From an uncultured Chloroflexia bacterium (GTDB taxonomy: Bacteria; Chloroflexota; Anaerolineae; CG2-30-64-16): a stretch of 64,000 bases of DNA. The notes beneath the pieces were generated by a model. The model was given only the letters and a program-made list of their open reading frames with translations. It was not told the origin of the DNA and ran no database searches. This document shows positions 1-9,348 of this stretch, in pieces. Location: positions 512,001-576,000 of the forward strand of contig CAVZDU010000001.1 of the NCBI GenBank assembly GCA_963774265.1, in the 5' to 3' direction. Numbering within the stretch: position 1 is the first letter of the stretch; each line of letters opens with the position of its first letter. The position numbers and the translations under genes were made by a program.

Positions 1-387
1 ATCGAAGATCCGTGGATCGTTGCGCGTTACGAATAGGCCAAGCTTGGAGGCCGGGCCTGGTGGGAACAAGGTTGCAGTCGGCGTTGGGGTGGCTGTGGGC
101 GCTGGTGTGTCGGTCGGAAGGAGCGTGACCGAGGCGGTTGGGGTCGCGGCCGTGGTCGCAGTCGCCGCAGTCGTCGGCGTCGCCGGCGGACTGACCGGGG
201 TGCTCGACAGGGTAGGCGTGCCCGTCGGGGTGGGGATGCGCGGAGTCCGGGTCGGTGTGGGGGTGGGCGCCGGCGCGATTGCGCGACAGCCGCCGATGGC
301 GGCCAGCGTGCCTGCGCCAATCAATGCCTGTATGGCAGCCCGTCGGCTTAGCCTGCGGGCTGAATTCTTTTGGTTGTAATCTGTCAT
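1..387 (-). CDS. Exported Pro/Thr-rich lipoprotein with a twin-arginine-like signal (partial, runs off the window start)
   Basis: Not in the ORF track because it is open at the edge. ATG at 387 gives [34 protein letters not shown], then a PTPT-rich linker, then [16 protein letters not shown]. Confidence 0.75.
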   Translation of the reverse strand, partial: MTDYNQKNSARRLSRRAAIQALIGAGTLAAIGGCRAIAPAPTPTPTRTPRIPTPTGTPTLSSTPVSPPATPTTAATATTAATPTASVTLLPTDTPAPTATPTPTATLFPPGPASKLGLFVTRNDPRIFD

Positions 388-414
388 TAAGTATCGGTCA
401 ACGCACCAACCGAT

Positions 415-1185
415 TCAGTTGATGCCAAGTCCCTCGTCCTTCGGAAGGATCACGATCGGAATACCTTTCGGATTCCAATCGGTGAACCACTTCGCATCCT
501 CGGGAGTCAGGCGAATGCACCCTTTGGAGGCCGGGTAGGCGCCGAGGGCATCCACCTGTTCGTACACCTTTTGTCCATCGACCAGCCGGTATGGGGTGCT
601 GTGAATCAGAATATGGCCGGCATCTTCGAAAAGATACCACCCTTCATCTGCATGGACGTCGGAAGCCTGAAAGGTGCCCCAGTAGTCACCCACGAGCCCA
701 TACCACGCGAGTGTGCGGTAACCACGCGACTCATCGCCGGTGCTAACAGGCATGATGCGCGTGGGCTGGCCCGGATTCCAGGCGATCATGGTCTGACTGT
801 CCAGGTCCACTACGACGAAGCGTCGGGACATGTCCATGCCGTAGCGCTCTGCGACACGCACCAGGTGTGGCATAAGTGGCTCCGCGGTTGGCCGCGCTGC
901 GGCTGGCGCCGGCGCCACCGTCGGCTGTGCTGTCGCCGTGGGGATGACGATCGCCAGGTCGACGGTCGCCGGGGTTGGGGTGGATGTTTCAGGGCGCGGC
1001 GTGCGCGTGGGCGTCGCAGTGGCATCAACGACAAGTGCACTGAGGATGCTATTCCAGCGCGGCCAGGCAGCGCCCCATGCGGCCCAGACCGTGCCGGCAA
1101 GTGCGATGAGAATGATCGCGGCCAGCATCAGGACAAAGAGAGTGCGGCGCGATGTGCGTAAAAGGTGTCGGTTATTTGAGATCAT
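415..1185 (-). CDS. L,D-transpeptidase (YkuD family), membrane-anchored, Pro/Thr linker
   Basis: N-terminal TM; VVVDLDSQTM, PVSTG and IHS...SKGCIRL (catalytic His/Cys motif). Confidence 0.85.
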   Translation of the reverse strand: MISNNRHLLRTSRRTLFVLMLAAIILIALAGTVWAAWGAAWPRWNSILSALVVDATATPTRTPRPETSTPTPATVDLAIVIPTATAQPTVAPAPAAARPTAEPLMPHLVRVAERYGMDMSRRFVVVDLDSQTMIAWNPGQPTRIMPVSTGDESRGYRTLAWYGLVGDYWGTFQASDVHADEGWYLFEDAGHILIHSTPYRLVDGQKVYEQVDALGAYPASKGCIRLTPEDAKWFTDWNPKGIPIVILPKDEGLGIN

Positions 1186-1222
1186 GCGGCATCGGAGAAA
1201 GCGCGGGATTGCCCGCGCACCT

Positions 1223-1855
1223 TCAGGCAGTCTTGTGTTGCTCGAACGCTTGCATCGCAGCCTCGAGCTCTTCCTGGCGAACAGCCACGGTCAGATCGCC
1301 GCGAGTGCGTTCGAGAACGCCGCGCAACATGTCCGTCGTCCGGCGCAGTCCGCCGGTGAGCGCATCAGGAAAGTCCATGGTGACGAGATGAATGTACACA
1401 TCGTCCATCACCGCGAGATACGGCTCGCCCTCCCGGGTGCGCCCGAGGCGAATTAGATCCAGCATGAAGCGGCGTAGTTCGCTGGCAGCTTCGGCGAGGC
1501 CGTTCAAATACGCCGCTGCCGGAACCCGCAAATCCGCGGGCTTTGGCAAGGCGTGGCCATGAACCATTGCGTACAATGTGTGGGCTTCGACCAGTTCTTT
1601 GAGCGCGTCCTGGGTGTAGCCAGCTTCGTAGAGATCGTGATACTTTGCCAGGTCGGCTGTCATCACGTCAGCGGCTTGCCGGGCGGTGTTGAGGAGGGTT
1701 TCCGCCTCTCCCCACTCATGCCGGTGAATGGCCCGGATGCTGAGCGCACAGTAACGGATCAGCTCGCGGCTGCGATTGAGTGTTGTATCGCGCACCGCGT
1801 TCTTCGCGGTAAACTCCGTACGAATGTCTTCGATAATCTCTGGCAGTTCAAGCAT
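1223..1855 (-). CDS. Translin/TRAX family protein
   Basis: SRELIR..AIH, KELVEA and YLNGLAEAASELRR match the translin/TRAX (COG2178-like) pattern. Confidence 0.85.
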   Translation of the reverse strand: MLELPEIIEDIRTEFTAKNAVRDTTLNRSRELIRYCALSIRAIHRHEWGEAETLLNTARQAADVMTADLAKYHDLYEAGYTQDALKELVEAHTLYAMVHGHALPKPADLRVPAAAYLNGLAEAASELRRFMLDLIRLGRTREGEPYLAVMDDVYIHLVTMDFPDALTGGLRRTTDMLRGVLERTRGDLTVAVRQEELEAAMQAFEQHKTA

Positions 1856-1863
1856 AGTTTTAC

Positions 1864-1892
1864 ATTATATCCAATAATGCAATGAGGCACAA
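1864..1892 (-). promoter_or_regulatory. sigma70-type promoter of the translin gene (near-leaderless)
   Basis: TTGTGC-17 nt-TATAAT on the minus strand; the ATG follows 8 nt after the -10. Confidence 0.55.
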
Positions 1893-1904
1893 CTCGCGAC
1901 CCTT

Positions 1905-1933
1905 TTGGCGAATGACCCGGCATGTGGTATTAT
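1905..1933 (+). promoter_or_regulatory. sigma70-type promoter with extended -10
   Basis: TTGGCG-17 nt-TATTAT with TGn, upstream of 2028. Confidence 0.45.
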
Positions 1934-2027
1934 TTTCATGCTTCCCCCCTGTTGCTAATGAGCGGGGTTGACACACTGGAGGCGTCACGTGGAACCGCGC
2001 GCCGTCCATTATGAGGTATAGAACCAA

Positions 2028-2573
2028 ATGCAGTTTCCCCCAGAACTATTGAATAAGGTCGGTGTGGCCCTGGAGCTGATCGTTGCGATCGTTGTGGCCC
2101 TCACCGTCGCCTTCTGGATTGCCCTGGTGGTCTGGGTGGTCCGTGACATCCGCCTTCGCACGCGTGACATCTTTGCCTGGATCCTTGCCGGACTGCTGGC
2201 CCTCGTGCTGGGACCGGTGGGTGTTGTGTTGTATCTGTTCCTGCGGCCTAAGGAGACTCTGGCTGAGGTGTATGACCGCCAGTTGGAGGAGGAAGCGCTG
2301 CTGCGCGATATCGCCCAGCGCAGAGCCTGCCCGCAATGTCAGGTGGTCACTGAGCCGGACTGGCTGGTATGCCCCCATTGCCGGACGGAGTTGCGCCGGT
2401 TGTGTGACTCTTGCGGTAAGCCCCTGGATTTGAACTGGGTTATGTGCCCGTTTTGCGCAACGCCGGTGACCGGGCAGCGACCTTTACAGCCGTCGTTGGC
2501 TGCTCCTGCACCGACGACCGCTGTGCAGGCCATGGCCACCGATGTGGCGCTTCAGCGCCCGGAAGCGTCATAA
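2028..2573 (+). CDS. Membrane protein with C-terminal double zinc ribbon
   Basis: Two N-terminal TM helices, then four CxxC pairs (CPQC, CPHC, CDSC, CPFC). Confidence 0.8.
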   Translation: MQFPPELLNKVGVALELIVAIVVALTVAFWIALVVWVVRDIRLRTRDIFAWILAGLLALVLGPVGVVLYLFLRPKETLAEVYDRQLEEEALLRDIAQRRACPQCQVVTEPDWLVCPHCRTELRRLCDSCGKPLDLNWVMCPFCATPVTGQRPLQPSLAAPAPTTAVQAMATDVALQRPEAS

Positions 2574-2582
2574 TACAAAACA

Positions 2583-2611
2583 AGGCCACGCCGTTTGTTC
2601 CGGCGTGGCCT
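2583..2611. terminator. Hairpin between convergent genes, probable terminator
   Basis: AGGCCACGCCG-TTTGTTC-CGGCGTGGCCT, perfect 11-bp stem. Confidence 0.65.
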
Positions 2612-2662
2612 GTCTTCACCCTTGCCCGATCCCCCTAAAAGCCAGCGCTGCGGCGAAAAACC

Positions 2663-3973
2663 CTATCCGAATGCGCGCCCGGCCGCGATGCGTGCGGCCA
2701 ACGCCGTCGCTACTTCCTCAGCACTTCCCGTGATCCGCTGCACCGTGGCCCCGTCGGTCACTAATTGCTTTTCCGTATCCGCATTCACTTCCTCTGGCGC
2801 GCCGATAATCGTGACGCTGCTCGCGGCTTCCGCCTCTTCTGCGTTGAACCCGAACATCGGAGTGAATGTCAAAATGAAGTCCTGCGCGAGAAGGAGATTC
2901 GCTCGGGTGCGCGGCCGGTCGTTCGGCCCGAACAGAACGTAGTGCGTCACGGACTTCCCCGGTGCTGGCGCAACGAGATCGACGGTGGCCGAGTTCATGC
3001 CATTCAGGTTCAACGCCTCGGACGCCACCTGTGTTCCCGCGATCACCACCCGATACGTGCCCGCCTCCAGTCCCGTAAATCGATATGTTCCGTCGGCCGC
3101 GACGATTTGTGTAGCGACTTCGACAGTTTCCTTCAACAGGGCGACGGTCCGACCCGCGCCGTTGGTTACCCGCCCGGAGATGATGCTCTCGCGCAGGGCG
3201 AGCGTCAGGTTCAGTTGCACCTGGTCGCGCCCGTTCACCCGCGTGAGCGCTGACCGAAAGTTCGTGCCCTCCACTGCAATCAGATACTCGCCCGCACCCA
3301 ACTCGGCGAAGCGGAACGTCTCGTCCACCCCGAGGGCTTTGCGTGCGACCTCTTGGTCCGTCTTTAGCAAGAGCGCCGTGCGCCCTGAGCCGTTGTGGAT
3401 GACGCCATAGATCACGCTGTCCGTATAGACCTGTTCGGCGGCTTGCGCCTTGACGTAGGTCACGCTGAAAGAGTGGTGGAACAAGGTGTTGCCTGGCGCT
3501 TCGTCGGGGTGGCCCGTGTGCATGCCCGTGACTCGGTCCGATGGCAGTTCTTGCCCTGTCAACCCCAGGCATTCGACGGCGCAGACCTGCCACTTCCACA
3601 TGGGAAGGTTGGTCCCCGGCTCATTGGCGGGCTTGTCAACCGTCACGATCTGTTCGCCGCCATCCCAGGTCACGCGCAGACGGGCTGCCTCCACGCGGCC
3701 CCCGTAGGGAGCGCCGCCGAGGGCTGGATCGAGCACGTCGAGATAGATGTGGTGGTTGCCGCCGTTCTCCTGGGGTGTCAGGTGATGCACGCGTACTGCC
3801 TGCCAGTAAAGCGCACCTGGCGCGACGCTGGCCGGCTGGATCTGAACACCATAGCTGGTTGCGTCATTGACCACTTCCTGCGGCGCCACCGAAACCGTTT
3901 GGGCTTGCGCCGGTTTTACGTCGCGCTGCCCGCGCAACCAGCCTATTAGATCCCATCCCTTGTCTGTGCTCAT
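2663..3973 (-). CDS. Envelope-type protein: unnamed N-terminal domain, two CarboxypepD_reg-like repeats, CWB2-like tail
   Basis: Repeats of ISGRV...DGTYRFTGLEAGTY type; tail HYVLF...GF..EEA..VTIIG...VQRITG. Confidence 0.7.
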   Translation of the reverse strand: MSTDKGWDLIGWLRGQRDVKPAQAQTVSVAPQEVVNDATSYGVQIQPASVAPGALYWQAVRVHHLTPQENGGNHHIYLDVLDPALGGAPYGGRVEAARLRVTWDGGEQIVTVDKPANEPGTNLPMWKWQVCAVECLGLTGQELPSDRVTGMHTGHPDEAPGNTLFHHSFSVTYVKAQAAEQVYTDSVIYGVIHNGSGRTALLLKTDQEVARKALGVDETFRFAELGAGEYLIAVEGTNFRSALTRVNGRDQVQLNLTLALRESIISGRVTNGAGRTVALLKETVEVATQIVAADGTYRFTGLEAGTYRVVIAGTQVASEALNLNGMNSATVDLVAPAPGKSVTHYVLFGPNDRPRTRANLLLAQDFILTFTPMFGFNAEEAEAASSVTIIGAPEEVNADTEKQLVTDGATVQRITGSAEEVATALAARIAAGRAFG

Positions 3974-3976
3974 CGC

Positions 3977-6900
3977 TTAGCCCTCCGCAAAAAGCTGTTC
4001 CAACGCGGTCGCAACCGAATAGGCGTCGCCTTGCAGCCGTGCCACCTGGCATCCCGCAGCACTGAGTGTGCTCTCGGCGCTGGCAGGCACACGATCTCCG
4101 ACGATCGTGACCCGGTTGGCAAGCTTCGCCTCATCGATGCTGAAGCCGCCGGATAGGTCGCCGGTCAGGTAGTGACTTGCCAGAGCAAGCAGAAGCCTTG
4201 CCTCAGCATGGCCTGTCTGATCCGCTGCGGGTGGCGGCGCAAAGAGCAGGTAGTGAGACAAGAGCTTTGCAGGCCCAGGAGGCAAGGTGACATCGCGGAC
4301 GACCGTTGCATCCTCCGGAAGCACGATATCATCTACTATCGCATTGCCATCGCTTACTGCTATGGCGTAGGTCCCCGCGGCAAGGCCGGTGAATTTGAAC
4401 ACACCCTTGCTATCCGCCTCGCTGTGCGCTACTTCCACGTCATCTTTGAGCAAACGCACGAGGGTGTAGGGGAGAGGTGTGCCGTTGGCGTTCAGCACAC
4501 GGCCCTGCAGCGTGCCTCGCGGCCCCTGACTGGGCCAGAGACCGTCGGCCACCTGTTCGCGCTCACCATCAAGTTGAATGCCGGACGCAATTTGCCCCAG
4601 GCCCGCCACCTCAATCGCGTACACACCCGCGGGTAGGTTGGCGAAACGATACGTTCCATCTGCCGCAGTGCGCGTCTCGGCCACCACGCTGCCTTCGCGT
4701 CGCAGGGTAACCGTGCGATCTGCTTGGGGCTGACCCGCACCGTCGGCAATTCGGCCGCGGATCGCGCTCCGCCTGCCAACAGATAGATCTATGGGCGCCA
4801 GCGTCAGGCGGTTTTCGCCGGTGAGGCCAAGATCAGAGAACACCTGTCCCTCTACCTCCAGCCGATAGCGTCCGGGTGGCAGATTGTCAAAGGAGAAGGC
4901 GCCCTGCTGGTCGAGAGGTGCTTGACGGGTCCAGGCCCACGCTGCGGGCGAATACAGGACGGCCACAAGTCCCTCCGGTGCGCCGACGACCGTGCCGCCC
5001 AAGTGGCTGCGCAGGGAAAAGAGCACCTTGAAAAGCGTGCCGGGCGAAACGGCAATGTCCTGTGAAATGACGCCGATGCCCTCCAGGGAGAGCTGGTATG
5101 CGCCGTCAGCCACAGAGGCAAACGCAAACGCGCCGTTGGCAGCCAGCACAGTCTGGCGCGTGGGCGGCGTGGCGCCGGAACCCGCAACACCGGTCAACGT
5201 CACCTTGCGTCCCGCCTGGCCGCCGTAGATGACGCCGTCGACCTGGGCTGGGCTACCGCCGATGGGCCGCAACTGAAAGTTGACCTCGTAAGATATGGGT
5301 TGCCCCTCGCGGCCCGGCACCTTGGCTGTCTCAAGACCATCTGCCTTGTCGCCCGGCCAGTCTTCCTGGATCACTTGCAGCGCAAACGTGCCGGGGGTAT
5401 GCAGAAACTCGTAATAGCCCGCCGGCTTATAGCCATCGCTGCCGGTGACTTTCACGGGGAACTGCGTGCCCGCTGCCGCGCCTTCCCACGACATCTGCAC
5501 CTTGATCCCGTTGAGCGGTGCGCCACTTGCATCGGTGAGAATTCCGTAAAGAATGCGCCGATTGTTGGTTTCTTCAGCGGGCAGCAGTCGTTTCTTGGCG
5601 ACTTCGTACCGATACCCCGCGGCTGTGCCCGTCGTAAGCTTCATGCTCTTGGCCTGCCAACCGTCCAGTGCGATGCCGTCGAGCGTGATGCCCGGCACCG
5701 ATAAACGGTAGGCGCCAAGCGTCAGGCTTGCGAATCGGAAACTTCCATCCGCGCCGGTCTTGTTTGTCGCCACAACTGACCCGTCACGCTGCAAGCTCAC
5801 TTCGATACCTGCAACCGTCGCGCCAGAGGGGTTCTGCACCGTTCCCGAGAGGACGCTGGCCCGTCCGCCGGTGAGGCGAATGGTGATGGCCTGTCCGCCA
5901 CCCTCAACTGCGCTCACACTTCGGCGCACGACGCCCCAGGGTGCGATCGCAATGTCATACGAGCCCGCGGCGAGCCCGCTGAAGGTGAACGAGCCGTCTT
6001 CCTTGGTTTGCATCTTGGAAATCTCATTGTTGGCGAGCAGAAGTTGCACGGTGAGATCGGCCAGCGGCTCATCGGTATCCGCGGGTGACTTTGCCTGAAA
6101 GGCTTGCGCCAGTGGTTCCATCCACCGGTACGCTCGGTAAGGCCTTGAGCGCCGCTACTACCGGCAGTTCGCCATGGAGGTTGAAGTCCTTGTTCCACCA
6201 GTCCGAGTACCACGATTGGCTTTCCCATCCCGGCGCAACGAAGCCGAGGCGGTAGTTTGCGATGAGCCAGTGACACATGGCAAAGAAATTACTGGGGCTG
6301 TGCTGGTTGTGGATCTGGCGCGTGCCCTGCATGAACTCAGCGATCCCGATGTTGCGGTCACGGTGGAGGTCGGGCGTGACCCGGGGATAACGCCGATCTT
6401 CTTTCCACCCTACGACCGGGCCACCCTCAGTGCCGATGATGGGCACCGGGAATCCCAACGCCTGACGTGCGATCTGATCTGTCAGCTGAAAGGCCAGGAA
6501 ACAGGAAGCGTCGTCTTCCAGGGTGTCGCCGGGGTTCTTGTCCGATGCGCGCCACTGGTTGATCTGGTCACGCGTTGCCCCTTCCCACGCCCAGGGCCCA
6601 TGCCGGTCGTACTCCTCCTGGCTGACGGGTTCTCCTTCCTGGTTAACTGGATCGTAGGGGTAGTCGAGCGGATGGTTCAGCGTGTAGTTGTGGACAGCGA
6701 TCCAGGCGCCCTTCTCGAATACGTCGGCGCGTCCCCGTTGAACCACTGCCTCTATCGGGTTGACCCGGCTGCCTACGGCCATCGCCGGGAGGGCAGGGAA
6801 CCCACCCAGTGCAAGCACCTTGTCCGCATCCACAATGAAATTGTCGACCACGATGTCCAGCCAGTTAGGCGGTACATGCCTGTCCTTCCACTCCACAGCC

Positions 6901-7232
6901 AGATCGGGTTCATTGTTGGTCTCGAAGTAGTGGACGCCCGCGGCAACGAGCCGCCTGATGGTGTCCTCTTCGCGGCCGCCGATGGTGCCCGGATTTGGCT
7001 CCGAACGGTACAGGCGCACGACAGGCATGATATCGGCCGCCAGCAGGCGCTGCGAAAGTTCCAGCGCAGACCCGCCGCCATCATCGAGCACCTTCACCCA
7101 TTTGATTTTCATGGCTTGGAGCTCGGCGATCCAGTAGTCGAGCGAAGCTCCTGAGGGGTGATAGACTGAAGCCGACCAATGAACGCCGCGGCGGTTGTCG
7201 GCCTTGGGGCGCGGGAAATCTTCAATGCGCAT
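3977..7232 (-). CDS. Large protein: clan GH-A-like TIM-barrel domain, multiple CarboxypepD_reg-like repeats, CWB2-like tail (one frameshift near 6080)
   Basis: ATG 7232 with GGAGG RBS. NNEPD, WIAVHNY and IIGTEGG motifs. ORFs 6069-7349 and 3977-6121 join as ..SLSGKVTR/(A)DTDEPLADL.. at ACCCGCGGATACC. Confidence 0.7.
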
Positions 7233-7411
7233 GAGGCCCTCCGATGCAGATAACCCCTTCGGGACCAGACCTGCGCTCTCGGCGATCGCCGCGCGCCGTC
7301 CGGCCTGAACGATGTGGTGATTATACCATAGCACCCACATTAAAAGCAAGTGTCTTTTATTAGACGAAGCAATTCATCTGTACCCACCTGCGGTCGCTGC
7401 AAATGTGGTGT

Positions 7412-7440
7412 TTGAAGCCCTGTGCGAAGCGTGGTAGGAT
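7412..7440 (+). promoter_or_regulatory. sigma70-type promoter with extended -10
   Basis: TTGAAG-17 nt-TAGGAT with TGn. A divergent TGGTATAAT lies on the minus strand at 7320-7328. Confidence 0.5.
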
Positions 7441-7454
7441 AATTGCACTTGAGA

Positions 7455-7515
7455 GGGGATGGGGCTCCCCGGGATCCAGCATCCGGTACGTCGCCAGACT
7501 GAGAACCTCTACCAG
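7455..7515 (+). ncRNA. Fluoride (crcB) riboswitch-like leader, divergent
   Basis: GGGGATGGGGCTCCCC...CTGAGAACCTCTACCAG resembles the GGCGATGGAGTTCGCC...CTAATGACTCCTACCAG architecture. It lies between the promoter and the RBS. P2 is weak. Confidence 0.5.
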
Positions 7516-7524
7516 GGATAACGC

Positions 7525-8166
7525 ATGATCTCACGCTTCATCCTGGTCCGGCACGGCCAAACCGAGTGGAACCGCGTCGAACGCTTCCGGGGACAGGCCG
7601 ACGTGACGCTCAATGAGACCGGCCTGGTCGAGGCCGCCGCCACCGGCCGGCGCATCGCAGCCGAGTGGCAGCTAACGGCCGTGTATACCAGCCCGTTGAG
7701 CCGCGCGGTCGTAACGGCCCAGGCCATCGCGGCGCCCCTTGACCTGCCGGTCCTGCCGCTCGATGGTCTGGCCGATATCCACTACGGTGACTGGCAAGGG
7801 CTCACACCGGAAGAGGCCCGAGCGCGTTGGCCCGACTTGATCCGCGCTTGGTACACGGCGCCTGCGACCGTTCAGATCCCCGGCGGCGAATCTTTGGCCG
7901 ACCTGCGCGAGCGCGCCATGGCCGCGATCCGCGAACTGGCAGCCCGTCATGCCGGCCAGACGATCGCGCTGGTCAGCCATACAGTCGTCAATCGGGTGAT
8001 CCTGCTGGCGATCCTGGGCCTGGGCAACGACCGTTTCTGGCGGCTACGGCAGGACAACTGCGCTATCAACGTGTTTGAGGCAGAGGGTGACGACTTCACC
8101 CTGGTAACGATGAACGATACGTGCCACCTGCGTGGTGGTCTATCAGACCCTGGTAGATATCGGTGA
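7525..8166 (+). CDS. Histidine phosphatase family (phosphoglycerate mutase/CobC-like)
   Basis: LVRHGQTEWN, SPLSRA, GGES and VSH motifs. Confidence 0.9.
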   Translation: MISRFILVRHGQTEWNRVERFRGQADVTLNETGLVEAAATGRRIAAEWQLTAVYTSPLSRAVVTAQAIAAPLDLPVLPLDGLADIHYGDWQGLTPEEARARWPDLIRAWYTAPATVQIPGGESLADLRERAMAAIRELAARHAGQTIALVSHTVVNRVILLAILGLGNDRFWRLRQDNCAINVFEAEGDDFTLVTMNDTCHLRGGLSDPGRYR

Positions 8167-8419
8167 TCCCAAGGAGTCGCGACATAGAGCCGGACGCGGG
8201 AGCCGTCCACACCGGACCGCGACCCTTCATTGCAGCGCTAGACGCTCTGGATGACCTGCGCCGCTTGGCGGTCACCAAAAACAACCCTCGAACTTCCTGA
8301 TCGTTCATCGTGAGGTTGGAACCCCGCAGCGTTTTCGTCAGGCACGACCAAGGTGGGAAAGGTATATGACCGGCACCAATGCGCGCCGAACCCATGCTCA
8401 CAGACTGACCAAACAACGA

Positions 8420-9244
8420 ATGGCGCGATCCCTGCCAAGGCTGAACCCATTCGCTGCGCTCTGGGTTTTCGTCGCCCTGCTCTCGGCCGGCTGTCAACCA
8501 ATCCCAGCCCCTCATCCGCCACAGCCGGTCACACTCACCGTCTCGGCAGCCGCGGATTTGACCTACGCCTTCAGCGAGATCGGCAAGCAGTTCGAAGCGG
8601 AGACCGGCCATAAGGTCGTCTTCAACTTCGGCTCCACCGGCCAGTTGGCTCAGCAGATCGAACAGGGCGCGCCGGTGGACCTGTTTGCGGCCGCCAACGC
8701 CAGCTACGTCGATGACCTGGAGCGGCAAGGACTGATCCTGCCCGATACAAAGCGGTTGTACGCGCGCGGTCGCATCACGCTCTGGACGCGGGCTGACAGT
8801 CCGTTGCAGATCACGCGGGTGGAGGAGTTGACGCGGCCCGAAATCGTGCGTATTGCCATCGCCAATCCCGACCACGCACCCTACGGCATGGCCGCGCGCC
8901 AGGCCATGCAGACGGCGGGTGTCTGGGAGGCGGTGCAGCCCAAGCTGGTGTTCGGCGAAAACGTGCGGCAGACGCTGCAGTATGCCGAGACGGGCAACGT
9001 GGATGTGGCGATCGTGGCGTTGTCGCTCAGCGTGCCTGCGGCGGCCGCACAAGGCGCGCCTGGCCGTTGGACCTTAATCCCCGAGGAACTGCACTCACCG
9101 ATTGACCAGGCGCTGGCGATAGTCAAGGGCACGCAATACGAGGAGGCTGGCCGCGCCTTTGCCGCCTATGTCAATGGCCCTGAGGGACGTCCGATTATGC
9201 GCAAGTACGGCTTTATCTTGCCGGGCGAGGAACCGACCCGATGA
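8420..9244 (+). CDS. modA: Molybdate ABC transporter substrate-binding lipoprotein
   Basis: Lipobox LSAGC; SAAADL, FGSTGQLAQQIEQGAPVDLFAAA, APYG and GENVRQ motifs. Confidence 0.88.
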   Translation: MARSLPRLNPFAALWVFVALLSAGCQPIPAPHPPQPVTLTVSAAADLTYAFSEIGKQFEAETGHKVVFNFGSTGQLAQQIEQGAPVDLFAAANASYVDDLERQGLILPDTKRLYARGRITLWTRADSPLQITRVEELTRPEIVRIAIANPDHAPYGMAARQAMQTAGVWEAVQPKLVFGENVRQTLQYAETGNVDVAIVALSLSVPAAAAQGAPGRWTLIPEELHSPIDQALAIVKGTQYEEAGRAFAAYVNGPEGRPIMRKYGFILPGEEPTR

Positions 9245-9348
9245 GTTGGCATCCGCGCTAGCTGTCACTGCAGGTGGATGAATTGCCCTGCCTCGCGATT
9301 CATGGCATCATTGCCGGTGGGGCGATGCAGCCCTTGGAGATACTCTGT

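Noticed and set aside
8275-8365. Moco/Tuco riboswitch upstream of modA
   Set aside because: Only a CCTGA/TCAGG stem and a GGAAAGG end are visible; other conserved elements as I recall them are missing. Needs cmsearch.
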